From Hypanus sabinus (taxonomy: Eukaryota): a stretch of 50,783 nt of DNA. The notes under the pieces were generated by a model. The model saw only the letters and a program-made list of their open reading frames with translations. It was not told where the DNA came from and did no database searches. Location: the NCBI RefSeq assembly GCF_030144855.1, contig NW_026779371.1, forward strand, positions 62,001 to 112,783, read 5' to 3'. A program made the translations under genes and the position numbers. This document shows positions 22,790 to 35,429 of this stretch, one piece after another (the first letter of the stretch is position 1; each line of letters starts with the position of its first letter).

Positions 22790-23600
22790 TTCAGTCGCCG
22801 AAATGGTTAAGTTGAGATCGATCCAGTGTATCAATGAATGACTCTCACAAGTCGCAGGAAGTAGAAGAAGGTTGCAGAGAGGAGAAGAGGGGAAGGTTTC
22901 AAAGAGAGGAAACCTTGTGACAAGGAGATCACTGTTTGGACTCTGTCTCCAAGCAGCCAGTGAGGATGAGTTCGTTTCCATTCGGATAGGAAAGTGTGCT
23001 TGTCACAGTGTTAATCCGCAGGAGGGGTTTCTCTGTTGAGGGGAAACGTTTTGTGGATACCAGGTATGTGTTTACCTTTGTCTGGGCGTGGTAGTTCACT
23101 GAAGAAAGGCACCCTTTGTGGAAAACCACTGTTGGAGATAATTCGTAGGTCATGGATACGGAGGTGTAACTATCTCGAGTGTGATTGTGGTAACCTTGAG
23201 GAATATAACGGCGTGTCCACCCTTGCCTGGATGGTGGAAACCTTGAAGACGTCAGACTTGTGATAAGCTACTGTTAGCGATGTTTCGTGTGGGGATTCAG
23301 AGAACAACGAGAATATCGACGTCACCTGTTTGTTTGGATTACAAATTCATCTCCCTTACTTCAATGTATGTGCATTTAAACTAAACAGAAATTTCTTACA
23401 CACCATCGTAAGACTGTAACACTTGCCACCTGATCTTGAATAAGTTTGGGAACTTTATTTTTTACACACCTATATATGCATATTACTGGTAACCCTTGGT
23501 TTACCTGGTTTAAATTACTATATTACATAGTTACTAACAAAATAGTGATTGTTAATAGCAAAATCAGACTCCAGGTGTGTTCTATTGTTGAAAGCGGAGA
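22790..23600 (+). mobile_element. LTR-like interspersed repeat
   Basis: Homologous to 33790-34760 and partly to 41167-41520 (gtgacaaggagatcactgtttggac; tgataagctactgtt; ccagactccaggtgtgttct). The LTR class is inferred. Confidence 0.5.
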
Positions 23601-24017
23601 CTTTAACTCTGTTCAGGATAACCAGTCTTCTTGAACGGTTGAAAGGCAGGAGCTCTTGGATCAAACATCCCTCGCTAGTGGCAAGAGAAGGAGCTGCATC
23701 GGGCATACCTGAGCAGGCATTCGGGACTCACGGAATACGGTAGTATTCGTGATGTATCGTAACAGTTGTTACCGTATGTAACAGTTGTATCGTGATGGTG
23801 ATGTTAAGGCGTCGCATGCAAATAAGGGTAGAATCACTCACTTGGTGGAACTGAGAGAGACATTACAGGGAACCCGTGAGGAAATTAATCTGGAAAGAGC
23901 AGAGTGCAGGCAGACTGGGACACTGTTTTTTCCTGTTGGTGCTGGAGGGATGAAGTGCGGGAGCTACTCGCGGCTGGCAACAGCCGCAGTGGATTGCACA
24001 TGGGTTATTTCGGGGAG

Positions 24018-26641
24018 TCACTGTGGATTAATTTTCTCCTGACAACGCCGAGTGAACTTTATTATGAGACAGTAGGGAGATTTCACCGTCTCCTTGAACT
24101 GCAGCCTAAACCTGGTCTGGGCCACGGCGTAAAGAGCCGTGTTGGTACAGCAGCTCAGGAGTTGAAGCATGTAACCGAGTTCACGCGGACTATTCGGGGG
24201 ATAAACGGTAATGTAAACAGCCACGTTATCCCATACGGAATACACCGTCAGCAGCGCCCACAGCAGGATGAAATTCCCCGACATCACCAGCAGTAACAGG
24301 AGCGATTGCCTGCGGTTCTTCATCTCCGGGTCGGCGGGCGTCTCGCCATCGCGCGAACCACGTAGTCTCCTCCGGGCCCGGCTGACCACTGAGACGTGCC
24401 TGATAGTTAAACTGTTTAACAGGAGAATCAGGAGAAAGGGAAATATTGGGGTGAGGAGTGAATGAATCAGCAGAAATGTTGTCTCCAGTGATAGGAGAAT
24501 ACGGAAAGAACGTAAACAGAGCATGAACCAAAGTGACATCGCATATGCCCCATCGAGCAGAAAGTACCAGGAAATGTTCTTCAGGCAGCTCAGCACTGTC
24601 ACCGTCCCCAAAACCAGAGCCGCCGCTCTCCCGGTGCAGTATTTTCGTTTTAGCTTCTGAAAGCAAATGGCGACAAATCGATCAAAGGTGAAAGTGACGG
24701 TGTACCAGACAGAACAGTCCGTGACGGTGTAGAGCATGACTGCGTGAATATTACACACCCGAACACGATCCGACCAGAGGAAAACCTCCACTGGCATGTA
24801 ACTCATCGGAATCTTGTTCAATACCAGATCGAAGAGAACGACCAGTTGATCAGCTGCTACCATGGCGACCAGGTACCGTGTGACACCTTTGGAGAGACCG
24901 CATTTTCCCCGCGACAGGATGACGATTGTCACCAAGTTCACTGTGCGGAGGGAAATAAAGACCATTAACACAGTCTTGGATGGAAAGATTCTCTAAAATC
25001 AACTATTTTAATCGATTGCATTTCCGAGAACAGAGATGGACATTGAAGCAATGTTTCTACTAAGGAGATTATGGACAACTTTTATGAAATGCGTAGTGAG
25101 GAAGTTCAGAACAATTAGTGGAATCTCATTGAAACTTATCGAATATTGCAAAGTCGGATTTCGTGGACGTGGAGAGGATTACTTCCGTAGATGTGGAGTC
25201 TTCAACTGGAGGATGAATATTTCCAATAGAACGACATCACTTTACAACAGTGGTAGATGGAAATTTGTTCAGACTGAGTCTGCTGAATACGTGGACTTTC
25301 TCGGCACAGACGGCTAAGGGAGTCAGTTCGTTGCCAACATTTGCAGCAGAGAGTGATATGCCCCTGATTTGTCGGGGCGCCAATGGATATGGAGAATGGC
25401 CGCCAGTAGGTGATTGAGAGGGGCAGTAAATCAGCTGTGATGGAATGGCGGAGAGACCTCGGTGCTCGAATGTCCGAATTCAACTCTGGAGCCCTGTGGG
25501 CTACGCAGTGATATCAATGGATGATTGGGATGTATCCTGATCGTTGGCGTCAGGAGAAGGATTAGTGAGTAAGTGCCAAGTATCACGGCAATGGAAATTC
25601 AACTTCCTTCATCTGTAAATACGAGGGAAAATTAGAGCAGAAGAATTAGTAGCCGAATGGGCGAATTCATTTCCGTCCGAGATTCACTCCCGAGAAAAGG
25701 CAGCCTGTGTCCCCGAGCTCTGGTCTCACCTGCCTGTGGAAAGGACCTTACTGTCCGTGTCTTAACTACTACCTTAGTATTTTACATCTTGCTAAAACGA
25801 TCGTCTCTGATCCTTCTGAATTCCAGTGTGTGCAGTCCGAGGCGACTCAAACTTTCCGCATAGTCTCTCCACCTCATGTCTGGAATCAAAATAGGGAAAC
25901 GACGACAACGCCCGTAAATCGCTTCTCAAGTCAGGAGACTAAGTCTCGGGCGCAGTACTCCAGTTGCCGCCTCACCAGTACCTTGTGCCGCCTGTTCTTA
26001 AATTCCCGCATCTCGCAATGATGGCCAATATCCCATTTGCCTTCTTTTTAGCCTGCTGCTGCTGCTGCAAACCAGCATAAAGTACCGGAAGGATGTGTAA
26101 GTTTCAGAGAGGGTGCAGCTGAAATTTACCGGAACACTGGCCGGATTGGAGAGTGCCCACAGTACGGAGAGGTTGTGTGCGCTCGAACTTTCTTCTCTGA
26201 GAGTGAAGGTGCATGGGCGGTCACTTGGTGGCAGTGTTTGACAGGAATAGAGACACAGATAACGTTTGCCTGACAGAAAAGTAACCGGGACGCTGACAGC
26301 CCCAAAGCTGGAGAGGGAACTTCCGTAATTCACTCAGTCAGTGTTGCTGAAGCGGTACGGGTTTGTGATTCCTGCCATGCAATTAGCGCGTCGTTAGAGG
26401 GCAGGTATGAAAGAGAAGCTGACATATTTTTCAACGTTATTCATGAGGAAGAGACGAGACTCTTACCAGGGACAGCTACAATGGCGAGTATAGGATAATA
26501 TATCATTTTCACGGTACTAAGCGCCTGATAGATTCGAAAATCCAACGGTATTCCTTTAGGATTTTTATCCAGATATGGATACGCCCGGTTAATATTCCTT
26601 AAAAATGCTGCAGCGTTACGTGATGTATTTTGCTGATCCAT
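24018..26641 (-). CDS. Two-exon class A GPCR, GPR139/GPR142-like, 365 aa; exon 1 26641-26467, exon 2 24940-24018
   Basis: Exon 1 MDQQNTS...YYPILAIVAVP with g|gtaaga donor joins cacag|tg in phase to give VNLVTIVILSRGKCGLSK. Seven hydrophobic segments; FDRFVAIC at the DRY position; YLVAMVAAD in TM2; CCTNTALY in TM7. 175+923=1098 nt with no stops. Confidence 0.9.
25690..26070 (-). mobile_element. CR1 fragment in the GPCR intron
   Basis: QQAKKKANGILAII...LSRLGLHTLEFRRIRDD. Confidence 0.7.
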
Positions 26642-27049
26642 TTCCGAAAGACTCCAGATCCCTGTAGCCGATCCAGCCTCTGTCTTCTCTCTACCTGGAG
26701 CCCGCTTGTCTCTGAAAGCGTAGAGTAGCGTCTCTGACTCAGACTGGCGTCGAAAGGGGGTCATATCAAGAGAACAGTTAGGCAGCAGCCACACCTCCGC
26801 GGTGACGTCGACAATCCCCAAGGACACTCGCGTAATTAGGTTCTACGGAATGACAGGTGCTGTTAACCCTTTATTTGCAGACAGTCAGAGAAGAGATTCA
26901 AAAGCAGATTGGTCTTGTACCTAATAATCCCAGCAATCTGCTCTCCACGGATTCGTGCTGTGTCTGTAAATTGACACAAAATTGAGAAACTAATTGACAC
27001 ACAGCTGGACATTCATTTACAACCAATCTGGGAAGGGAACAGAGAAAAT

Positions 27050-29180
27050 AGATGCATTCGTCCCTTCGATCCTGCACCGCCATTCAGTATGATCATGGCT
27101 GATCATGCAACTCAGAACCCTCTACCTGCGTTCTCTCCATAGCCCCTGAGCCCTTTAGCCACAAGGGCCATATCTAACTTCCTCTTAAGTATAGCCAATG
27201 AACCGGCCTCAATTGTTTCCTGCGGCAGAGAATTCCACACATTCACCACTCTCTGTCTGAAGAGGTTTTTCCTCATCTCGGTCCTAAAAGGCTTCCCCTT
27301 TATCCTTAAACTGTGAACCGTCGTTCTGGATTGCCCCAACATCGGAAACAATCTTCCTTCATTTAGCCTGTCCAATCCCTTTAGAATTTTTTACATTTCA
27401 ATAAGATTCCCCCTTAATTTCTAAATTCCAGAGAGTATAAGCCTTGTCGACCCAGACTTTCTTCATATGAAGTCCTGCCATCCCAGAAATAAGTCTGGTG
27501 AACCGTCCCTGTACTCCCTCTATGGAAAAAATGTATTTCCTCAGATTAGGGGACCAGAACTGCACACAATATTTTAGGTGCGGTCTCACCAAGGCCTTGT
27601 ACAACAGCAGTAGAACCTCCCTGCTCCTGTACTCAAATCCTTTTGCTATGAATGCCTAAATACCATTTACCTTTTTCACGTCCTGCTGTACCTGCATGCC
27701 CACCTTCAATGACTGGTGCACAATGACACCCAGGTCTCGTTACAACTCCTCTTCTCCAAATGGGCCACCGTTCAGATAATCTCTTTTCCTCTTCTTGCAT
27801 TCAACGTGAAGAACCTCGCATTTATCCACATTAAATTGCATCTGCTCTGAATTTGCCCATTCACCTAACCTATCCAAATGACCCTGAATCCCGTTCGCAT
27901 CCTCCTCACAGCTAACACCGCCGCCCAGCTTCGTGTCACGCGCAGGCTTAAGCTGCATTTAATTCCCTCGTCTAAATCATTAATATATATTGTAAACAAC
28001 TGTGGCCTTAGCACTGAGCCTTGCGTTCCCCCACTAGTCACTCCCTGCCATTCTGAAAAGGCACTGAGCCTTCTTTCCGCCTCTTTCCATATGCGCTGTT
28101 GTCCCATCTTTGATTACCGACTCTAGCGCTTTCCCCACCACCGATGTCAGACTAACCGGTCTATAATTCCACGGTCTCTCTGTCCCTCCTTTTTTTAAAA
28201 TGGGTGGTTATATTCACCACCCTCCAATCCTCATGACCTAATCCAGAATCTAAGGAGTTTTGAAAAAATATCACTAATGCATCCACTATTTCTTTGACTA
28301 CTTCCTTAAGCACTCGGGGATGCAGACCATCTGGCCATGGGGATTTATCTTCCTTTAATCCCTTCAATTTACCTAACACCACTTCACTACTAGCATGTAT
28401 TTCCCTCAGTTCCTCAATCTCACTAGACCCTCGATCCCTTACGATTTCCGGAAAATTATTTATGTCCTCCTTAATGAAGACAGAACCAAAGTAGTTATTT
28501 AATTGGTATGCCATGTCTTTGTTTGCTATGATCAATTCACCTGTTTCTGACTGTTAAGGACCGACATTTGTCCTGACCAATCTTTTTCTTTTCACGTATC
28601 TATAAAAGGTTTTACAGTCAGCTTTTATATACCCTGCCAGCTTTCTCTCATAAGCCTTTTTTCCATTTCATAATTAAGCCCTTTGTCCTCATCTGCTGGA
28701 CTCTGAATTTATCCCAGTCCTCAGGTGTGCCGCTTTTTTATGCTAAGTTATTTGTTTCTTCTTTGGACTTGATACTATCCCATATTTCTCTTGTCAGCCA
28801 CGGGTGCACTACCTTCCCTGATTTATTCTTTTGCCAAACAGGAATGAATAATTGTTGTAGTTTATCCATGCGATCTTTAAATGCTTGCCATTGTATACAC
28901 ACTGTCAACCCTTTAAGTATAATTTGCCTGTCTATCTTAGCTAATTCACATCTCATACTTTCAGAGTTGTCCTTCTTTAAGTACAGAACCTTTGTTTCTG
29001 AATTAACTATGCCACGCTCCATCCTCATGAAGATTTCCATCATATTATGGTCACCCTTACCCAAGGGGCCTCGCACGACACGATTGCTAACCAAACCTTT
29101 CTCATTGTCTAATATCCAATCTAGAATGCCCTGCTCTCTAGTTGGTACCTCGACATATTGGTTCAGAAAACCATCCCGCA
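27050..29180 (-). mobile_element. CR1 LINE ORF2, about 2.1 kb, decayed (endonuclease linker, RT, 3' end)
   Basis: PLGKGDHNMMEIF; SPWPDGLHPRVLKEV; GVTSGGTQGSVLRPQLFTIYINDLDEGI; LVRPHLKYCVQFWSP. Confidence 0.92.
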
Positions 29181-29559
29181 GAGATTGACAATGATATCGA
29201 GTTCGATATTTGCAAAGTAATGATTTTCAGTAAGAGAGCGTAGAACCAGCGGCCAATCTGGACATCGGCTGATCTTGGAGGAGAGGACTTCACTCAGCAC
29301 GGGTATAAAAAAGTGACAGAGGATCCTTACAGTGAAAAATAGCTTTAATAAGGGTTCAGGCGGCGTTTCCGTTTGATCAGCAGGGTGAACTGCAGTAGCC
29401 ATCGTCTGAATGGACCGTCAAGCAGGTGACCTTCAGGCTTGTGCTCGCCGAGGCGTCAGCGCAGGGAGGCTCCAGTCAAAGGAGGCAAAGAAAAGAAAAG
29501 CACGTCCAAGAACGTTATTTCTTTCCCTTCTCTATATATCCGATCAGATAAGTTAAGAA

Positions 29560-30300
29560 AGGAGGCAGGCAGGTTAGTTGAATGGTCCCATTGCGCGATC
29601 AGGGAAGGCACAGAGAAGATGTGAGTTGCGTTCAGCTCAGCTTCTGACAATCCGCGTCAAGGAGGTAAAGGCTGAGCTGGACGAGCTCCAGAACATTTGG
29701 GTGACTGAAGTAATGATAGACAAGACATATAGAGAGGGAGTTACACCCAGGGCGCAAGGCAGAGGAGACAGTGTGATAGCCAGTAAGGAGAAATAGATGA
29801 AGGAGCCAGGGAAGAGATCCCATGTGACGATCTCCTTCAACGTTTCCGATACCGTCGCGGGGTTTGGTGGGGAGAGGCACGGAAGAATCACCTAATAGTG
29901 TTCACTCAGTGTTAGGGTCTCGGGCACTTTGTGTGCATCTGAGACTCAGAAGGGAAGTGGGAGGGTAGCGGTGCCTGTGCGTGTGGCGTGGACTGGGCTA
30001 CAGGGTGCGTGTCACGCTGTCGTGATAGGATATTCGTTAGTGGTGCGACCAGGTGCTTCTGTCGGTGACAATGTCGAGGTTATCTCCGAACGAGTCCTCA
30101 GCATTCTCAACTGTGAACAGCTCGAAATCGTGATCCATTGAGTTACCAATGACATGGGTGCGATGAGTGATGAAATACTGCTCTGCCAGTTCAGCGAGTT
30201 AAGAGAGAAGTGAAAAGGCAGGACCCTCCAGGATTTGCTGCCCGTGCTACGTACTTGTGAGGCAGGAAGCTGGAAGATTAATAGGTTGCTAACGAGTTGT
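29560..30300 (+). mobile_element. CR1 ORF1-like fragments
   Basis: QLLTIRVKEVKAELDELQNIWVTEVMIDKTYREGVTP; IGYSLV motif of the esterase-like ORF1. Confidence 0.6.
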
Positions 30301-30589
30301 TTTTATATCCCAGTCGTCTGGAAATGGATGCTGACACTGCATTTGGCTTCCTCAACTTTCTGCAAATTTTCCTGTGGGGAATCTTCCCAAAATGCTCTGC
30401 ACTTCCGTTTTTTTTCAATATTCTCCCGTTTTCTATAATAGTCTACAGAGAGTATCCGATCACCAACACGCTGCCGGCCCGCCACCCGACAAACATTCGT
30501 ATACCAGTCTACTAAAAATTGATTGGGGCATGCATTTTAGCTCCTCACCATTGACTGAATTTGGAGGTTTTCCTGTGGCTCTGCAACTC

Positions 30590-30930
30590 TGATTTTCAAT
30601 TCAAATGTTCTTCCCATTTATGAAATAGACCACGCCTTTATTCCCTCTTTCAAAGAGTAACACTGGACACTTCTCTATATTAAATTCTTTCATAATTATT
30701 AGTCTCTTCTCCAGTCTGTTTAGTTCCTTCTGCAAAGCACCCTGCATTTTCAGCTCTACCCTCCATTCCATGCACTTTCGCCTGGGTCTCAAACCCTGTC
30801 ACAAAGCAATCAAATAATTCACCCAAATCATTGATGTATAACGTGAGAAGAAACGGTTTTAACACTGATTCCAGCGAAACATCACTAATCACCTCCGTCC
30901 AATCAGAAAAGGATCTACACAGTAATGATT
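30590..30930 (-). mobile_element. CR1 RT fragment
   Basis: ISDVSLESVLKPFLLTLYINDL; EFNIEKCPVLLF. Confidence 0.7.
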
Positions 30931-31639
30931 ATGGACATCTCCAGAGGCCACAATTTTAAACACCACCAGGTCAATCTGAAAGTTCTAAACAAATGAGAAG
31001 AGACAGCTCGTCTATGTCCGGACGTAAGGTTTCACCAGCTGCTGAGAAACACAAAAGACACAATAAATTATTATAAATACAAGTGTCAGATTCCTACCAA
31101 TTATTTGCCAATTGATCATTTACTACAAAAGGGACAATCCATAATAAGGCTCCGGATATAGTAACAATAGGATAGACAAAGAACATCAGCTTATTCAGTA
31201 GATAAAGGTATTGCGAACTCAGATAACATACAAAAATCAATGATTGACAGACACCACAATATGCTGAATTAAAAGAGGAAAGTGAAAGAACATGAAACAT
31301 GAACAGGGTATAAATTGTATACATTGTCCCAAAGTAATAGTTTCTCTGGGTCATGGGCAACCGGTTTCATTGGTGTCGAGACACAGTGAAACAGTGTGAA
31401 GATGTTTTTCTCTCTCCGTCTCTATTTCTCAGGCCACCAGGCTGGTAGAGATAATAGGACATGATGTTTCAATCCCAATGATAAATTGGCAATCTGAATG
31501 TGGGCGATGGGTTTGGAATGCTGTCAAGGAGGGTAGGTACCTCATCGTGGTCATCAGGTGGGCACACTCCTCCTTCGACGTTTCTTTGTTAAGCCCACAA
31601 CGTCTCCAGAGGGTGGAAAGGTGCTACCTGGCGTCCCTT

Positions 31640-32790
31640 GTACACACCCCTCGGTTCCATACCCACATGTCTTCATCTTGTAGCCAATCTATTGTTTTTC
31701 CTTTCAATCCAAATCCAGTTACTGCATTTTCCAGCTGCATTTGACAGGGACTTGCTTGCTTGTTGTAAATAACCCCTCATCCCCATCTTCCTCAATTGAC
31801 TGGTCGTAGATGTAGCCACGAATCCCCTGCATCCCACTTCTACAGGGGAAATCTTGGTCTTACAGTCGTTCTGGGCAGCGTCAGTTGCCAGTTCAGAATA
31901 CTTGTTCTTTTTCCTCTCATAAGCTTCTTCACCACCATCTTCTCATGTCCCCGAGTATTCCACAACATATGCCAGCCTGGCTGCTGTGGACCACCGGACC
32001 ATGTCTGGCCGGAGTCTTCTAGCCACAATCTCTGGGGGAACACAAGCTTTTTTTTTCCAAGTTCACGTCCATTTTCCAATACCAAGAAACCTACAGAATC
32101 CTTATCTATTTTGATGTTACATGGTGCAATGAAGGTTGGCCTGCCTGTACACATCGTGTCTTGTGGACATTTCATGCCGATGGTTGTGGGGGAGACTTTG
32201 CGGTGATTCGTCTCTGTTACAGGATTTATGGCAGCTGTCTGATAACTTGGTTATGCAGTCAGGTTTACCGCCCCTGGGTGAGGCTCGTGGTGTATGCTGT
32301 TAAAATAAGCGTTAGTTATCTAGGTGCTTGACAAAGAGAGCGAGTGGGGTCTACCACCCCCCACCTGGTTCAGGTTCTGGGGTGTGAATAGGAGGTTATA
32401 ATTTGCTCTGATAGCAAAACTTAGCCTAAATGCCTCCAGGATCTCGCAATTAGTGCATCTGTCCAGGCGCCCTGGCGTGTCGCTCTGCCTCCCCCTGCCT
32501 TCTCATTCCTCCACCACGTGTCGTCGCTTCTGCACTGATGTTGCCCTGTTCCATTAAGGATACTCTGGGACGAGCCCAAACCCGGCTCTCCAAAGCCAGA
32601 CTTGGCCACCCACGTCCCTGAAGCGAAGAGCAGACTTAGCACTCTGAACGGCTTCAGATGGGGTCCACATCCTCCCAGTAGCCACACGGCGAGTAGGCGA
32701 TCGAATAACAATATCTTCAGATTCAGTGAGGGTCAGGGCCATCCTTGCTTTGGTGCATTTAAATCCTTCCACAAGACTTACAACTGGTTA
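31640..32790 (-). mobile_element. HERO/NeSL-type non-LTR retrotransposon fragment (restriction-like endonuclease end)
   Basis: FKCTKARMALTLTESED...ATGRMWTPSEAVQSAKSALRFRD and ELGKKKLVFP match HERO-family motifs as I recall them. Confidence 0.6.
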
Positions 32791-33789
32791 CTCTAATTTG
32801 CCGTTCCCGTACAGCCCAACGGGAATTTAGAATCGTGGAAGTCCAAGCCACTGTTTCACATGTGTGCTGATCACTCTTTCGAGCTTTTCCACCTTGTTAT
32901 GGGAATTTCATACACTGCTAAAAGCCGCATGAGTCTTGGCAGTCCGCCGAACTGTACGCACTACAGATTGAGTTTTCCTGGCAGCCGGATCGTGTGGACG
33001 CGACTTAAGTAGATGATTCTATACTTTTGAGTTGTATAAACTGTTCTGTGTCCTTGAGCAAAACACCAGGAGAGTGCTCAGTCGAGAGTGGTCTTCTTAC
33101 TGTGACCGTTTCAACGATTGTGGGTGCTGTCTTTCTTCGATTCTCTCGTGGTTATTTTTCTATTAGGGATTTATTGAGTTTCCTAGCAAGAGAATGTATC
33201 TCGTGGTATATAGAAACGTATATATACCGATACAGCCAAACGGTTTCTTTGGCTGCCTAAGTCCAGGCAAAGTACTCTCCGGTCCCCCCAAAACAACTGA
33301 GATTAATGGCTCGATTCCAAACTAAATCCCGGCTGGTTTTGCTGCTGTGTAATTTGCAACCATATTAAATAAATAGTGCCATGAAATAACAGACAGCATA
33401 TGATTAAAGACATTATATTTATGAACCTTAACGTTAAGATGGAATCCTAGGTGTTTGTGATAGCNNNNNNNNNNNNNNNNNNNNNNNNNNNNNNNNNNNN
33501 NNNNNNNNNNNNNNNNNNNNNNNNNNNNNNNNNNNNNNNNNNNNNNNNNNNNNNNNNNNNNNNNNNNNNNNNNNNNNNNNNNNNNNNNNNNNNNNNNNNN
33601 NNNNNNNNNNTAAAATCAATGTTAAGGTTTCTCTGCAACAGGTTTTAAGTATGCAAGTACACAGAGACAGACACAGTTAGAGGCAAGATGGATTCGCTCA
33701 ATGAAAGTCTGTCCCTGGTTTAAACTTTCAGTAGCCCAAACGGGGTGGGTTGAGATCGATCCTGAGTATTGATAAATGCTTCCCACAAG

Positions 33790-34760
33790 TGTTCTGCAAC
33801 TTGAGCAAGTTTACAAGAAAAGACGAGAGGAGAGATGGATTTGAAACAGAAGAAACCTGGTGACAAGGAGATCACAGTTTGGACACTCTCTGTAAGTAGC
33901 CCATGAGGGTGAGTTTGTTACCATTCGGCTACGAAAGGCTGATTGTCCCTTCGTTAATCCACAGGACTGGGAGCGAAGCCCCAGTTTTTTCGGGATCATT
34001 AAAGTATGTCTGTATGCCTGTCTGTCTGCCTTGGTGAGGGGAATTCTTCTGTGAGTACCACGTGTGTGTTCACCCTTCGTCTGCGTGTGGTACTTCACTG
34101 AAGTATTGTAGCCCTGTGGCAAATCACTGTTATTTAGTATGTCGTGGAACTGGATAAGTGGTTATCAAGCTGTGTGGTTGGGGTAACATTGCTGAATCAA
34201 CCGGTGTGTTGACTCTTGCCTGGGTGGTCGCCTTGCAGAGGGTCCGCTTTGTGATAAGCTACTGTTGGTGATAATTCAAAAGTGGATTCTGTTTGGGTAT
34301 CCTGTGGACACCACTTTGCGATGACCCGGAGCTGAATTCGGGTCTTGTACAACCTGTGTTGAAAGGATTTTCGCTGAAGATAACTGTCGGTGATACTTCG
34401 TGGGTGTGGACTGGAACAACGACGGAGATAAAAGCTACTGCTATTGTTATTTTGTATTGCTGTAGTGGAATCTGTGTAATGTCGACGTAATTGCTTTCTC
34501 ACAACATTCGCCTTTGGAGTACGAACATCTCGCACTAATTAGCCTGTGAACTTTTCTTACATGCCATCGTAAGACTATATAACTTACCACTGAAGCTTCA
34601 ATAAGTTCGGTAGCTTTATTTACATCTATATATGAATAACACCGTCGCCTCTTCACTTACCAGGTTTAAGTGACTATATTACGTACTTAGTATGAAAATA
34701 GTGTTTTGCTGACAGCAAAACCAGACTCCAGGTGTGTTCTGTCGCTGTTGAGATTTAAAC
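33790..34760 (+). mobile_element. LTR-like interspersed repeat (paralog of 22790-23600)
   Basis: Shares motifs with 22790-23600. Confidence 0.5.
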
Positions 34761-35429
34761 AGCGCTGCGATGCGAAAAACTAGCGATAGTTTATCAACTT
34801 AGCGACGGTGTTAGGAACGAAGAACAAAAGATGAAAGCCCCATTCTAATTAAACAGTCAATGTACAGCAGAACTTCCTTGTCACTCGCGTCCCGGCCCTC
34901 GGTCAACGCGACAGAAGACACCATCTTCCGGATGTCGCTCGCAATCCATCTCGACCAAACGGGTCTCTCGCGGGATTGTATCCTGCGATCGGTATCTTTC
35001 CTATTCTCCCGCCAAACCGAAAAAATAAATAAATCAAGACCAAGCTACTGCCCCTCACCAAGAAAACCTCCCTCTGATACTTCCTTGCTAGTCGATGGCA
35101 CACATTCCTTATCTTTAACAGTAATCCAAGCTGGATGCCAGCAGAATGGAATGATCTTACCCAACTGATAAATTAAATACGGACAACAAATATGAACCAG
35201 GTTATTACAGTTTGACTTTTAAACTTAGAGGGGAATCACACAGAAAATTGCTGCGGCAACTCAGCAGGTCAAGCAGCATTTCAGGAGATGAATAAGCACT
35301 CGACGTTACGGGCCGAGACCATTTATTGCGACTTGACAGCAGATTTGTACGTTTCCTCTCTCTATAATTTCAGTGAGTTCACTGCTCATCACCGGCATTT
35401 GCAATTAATCAGTAAATCCGCTATATACA

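Noticed and set aside
26070-26200. PVNFSCTLSET...YFM(W), a V FR1-like stretch inside the GPCR intron
   Set aside because: The apparent W-x-Q comes from the start of the adjacent CR1 fragment. No acceptor or leader supports it.
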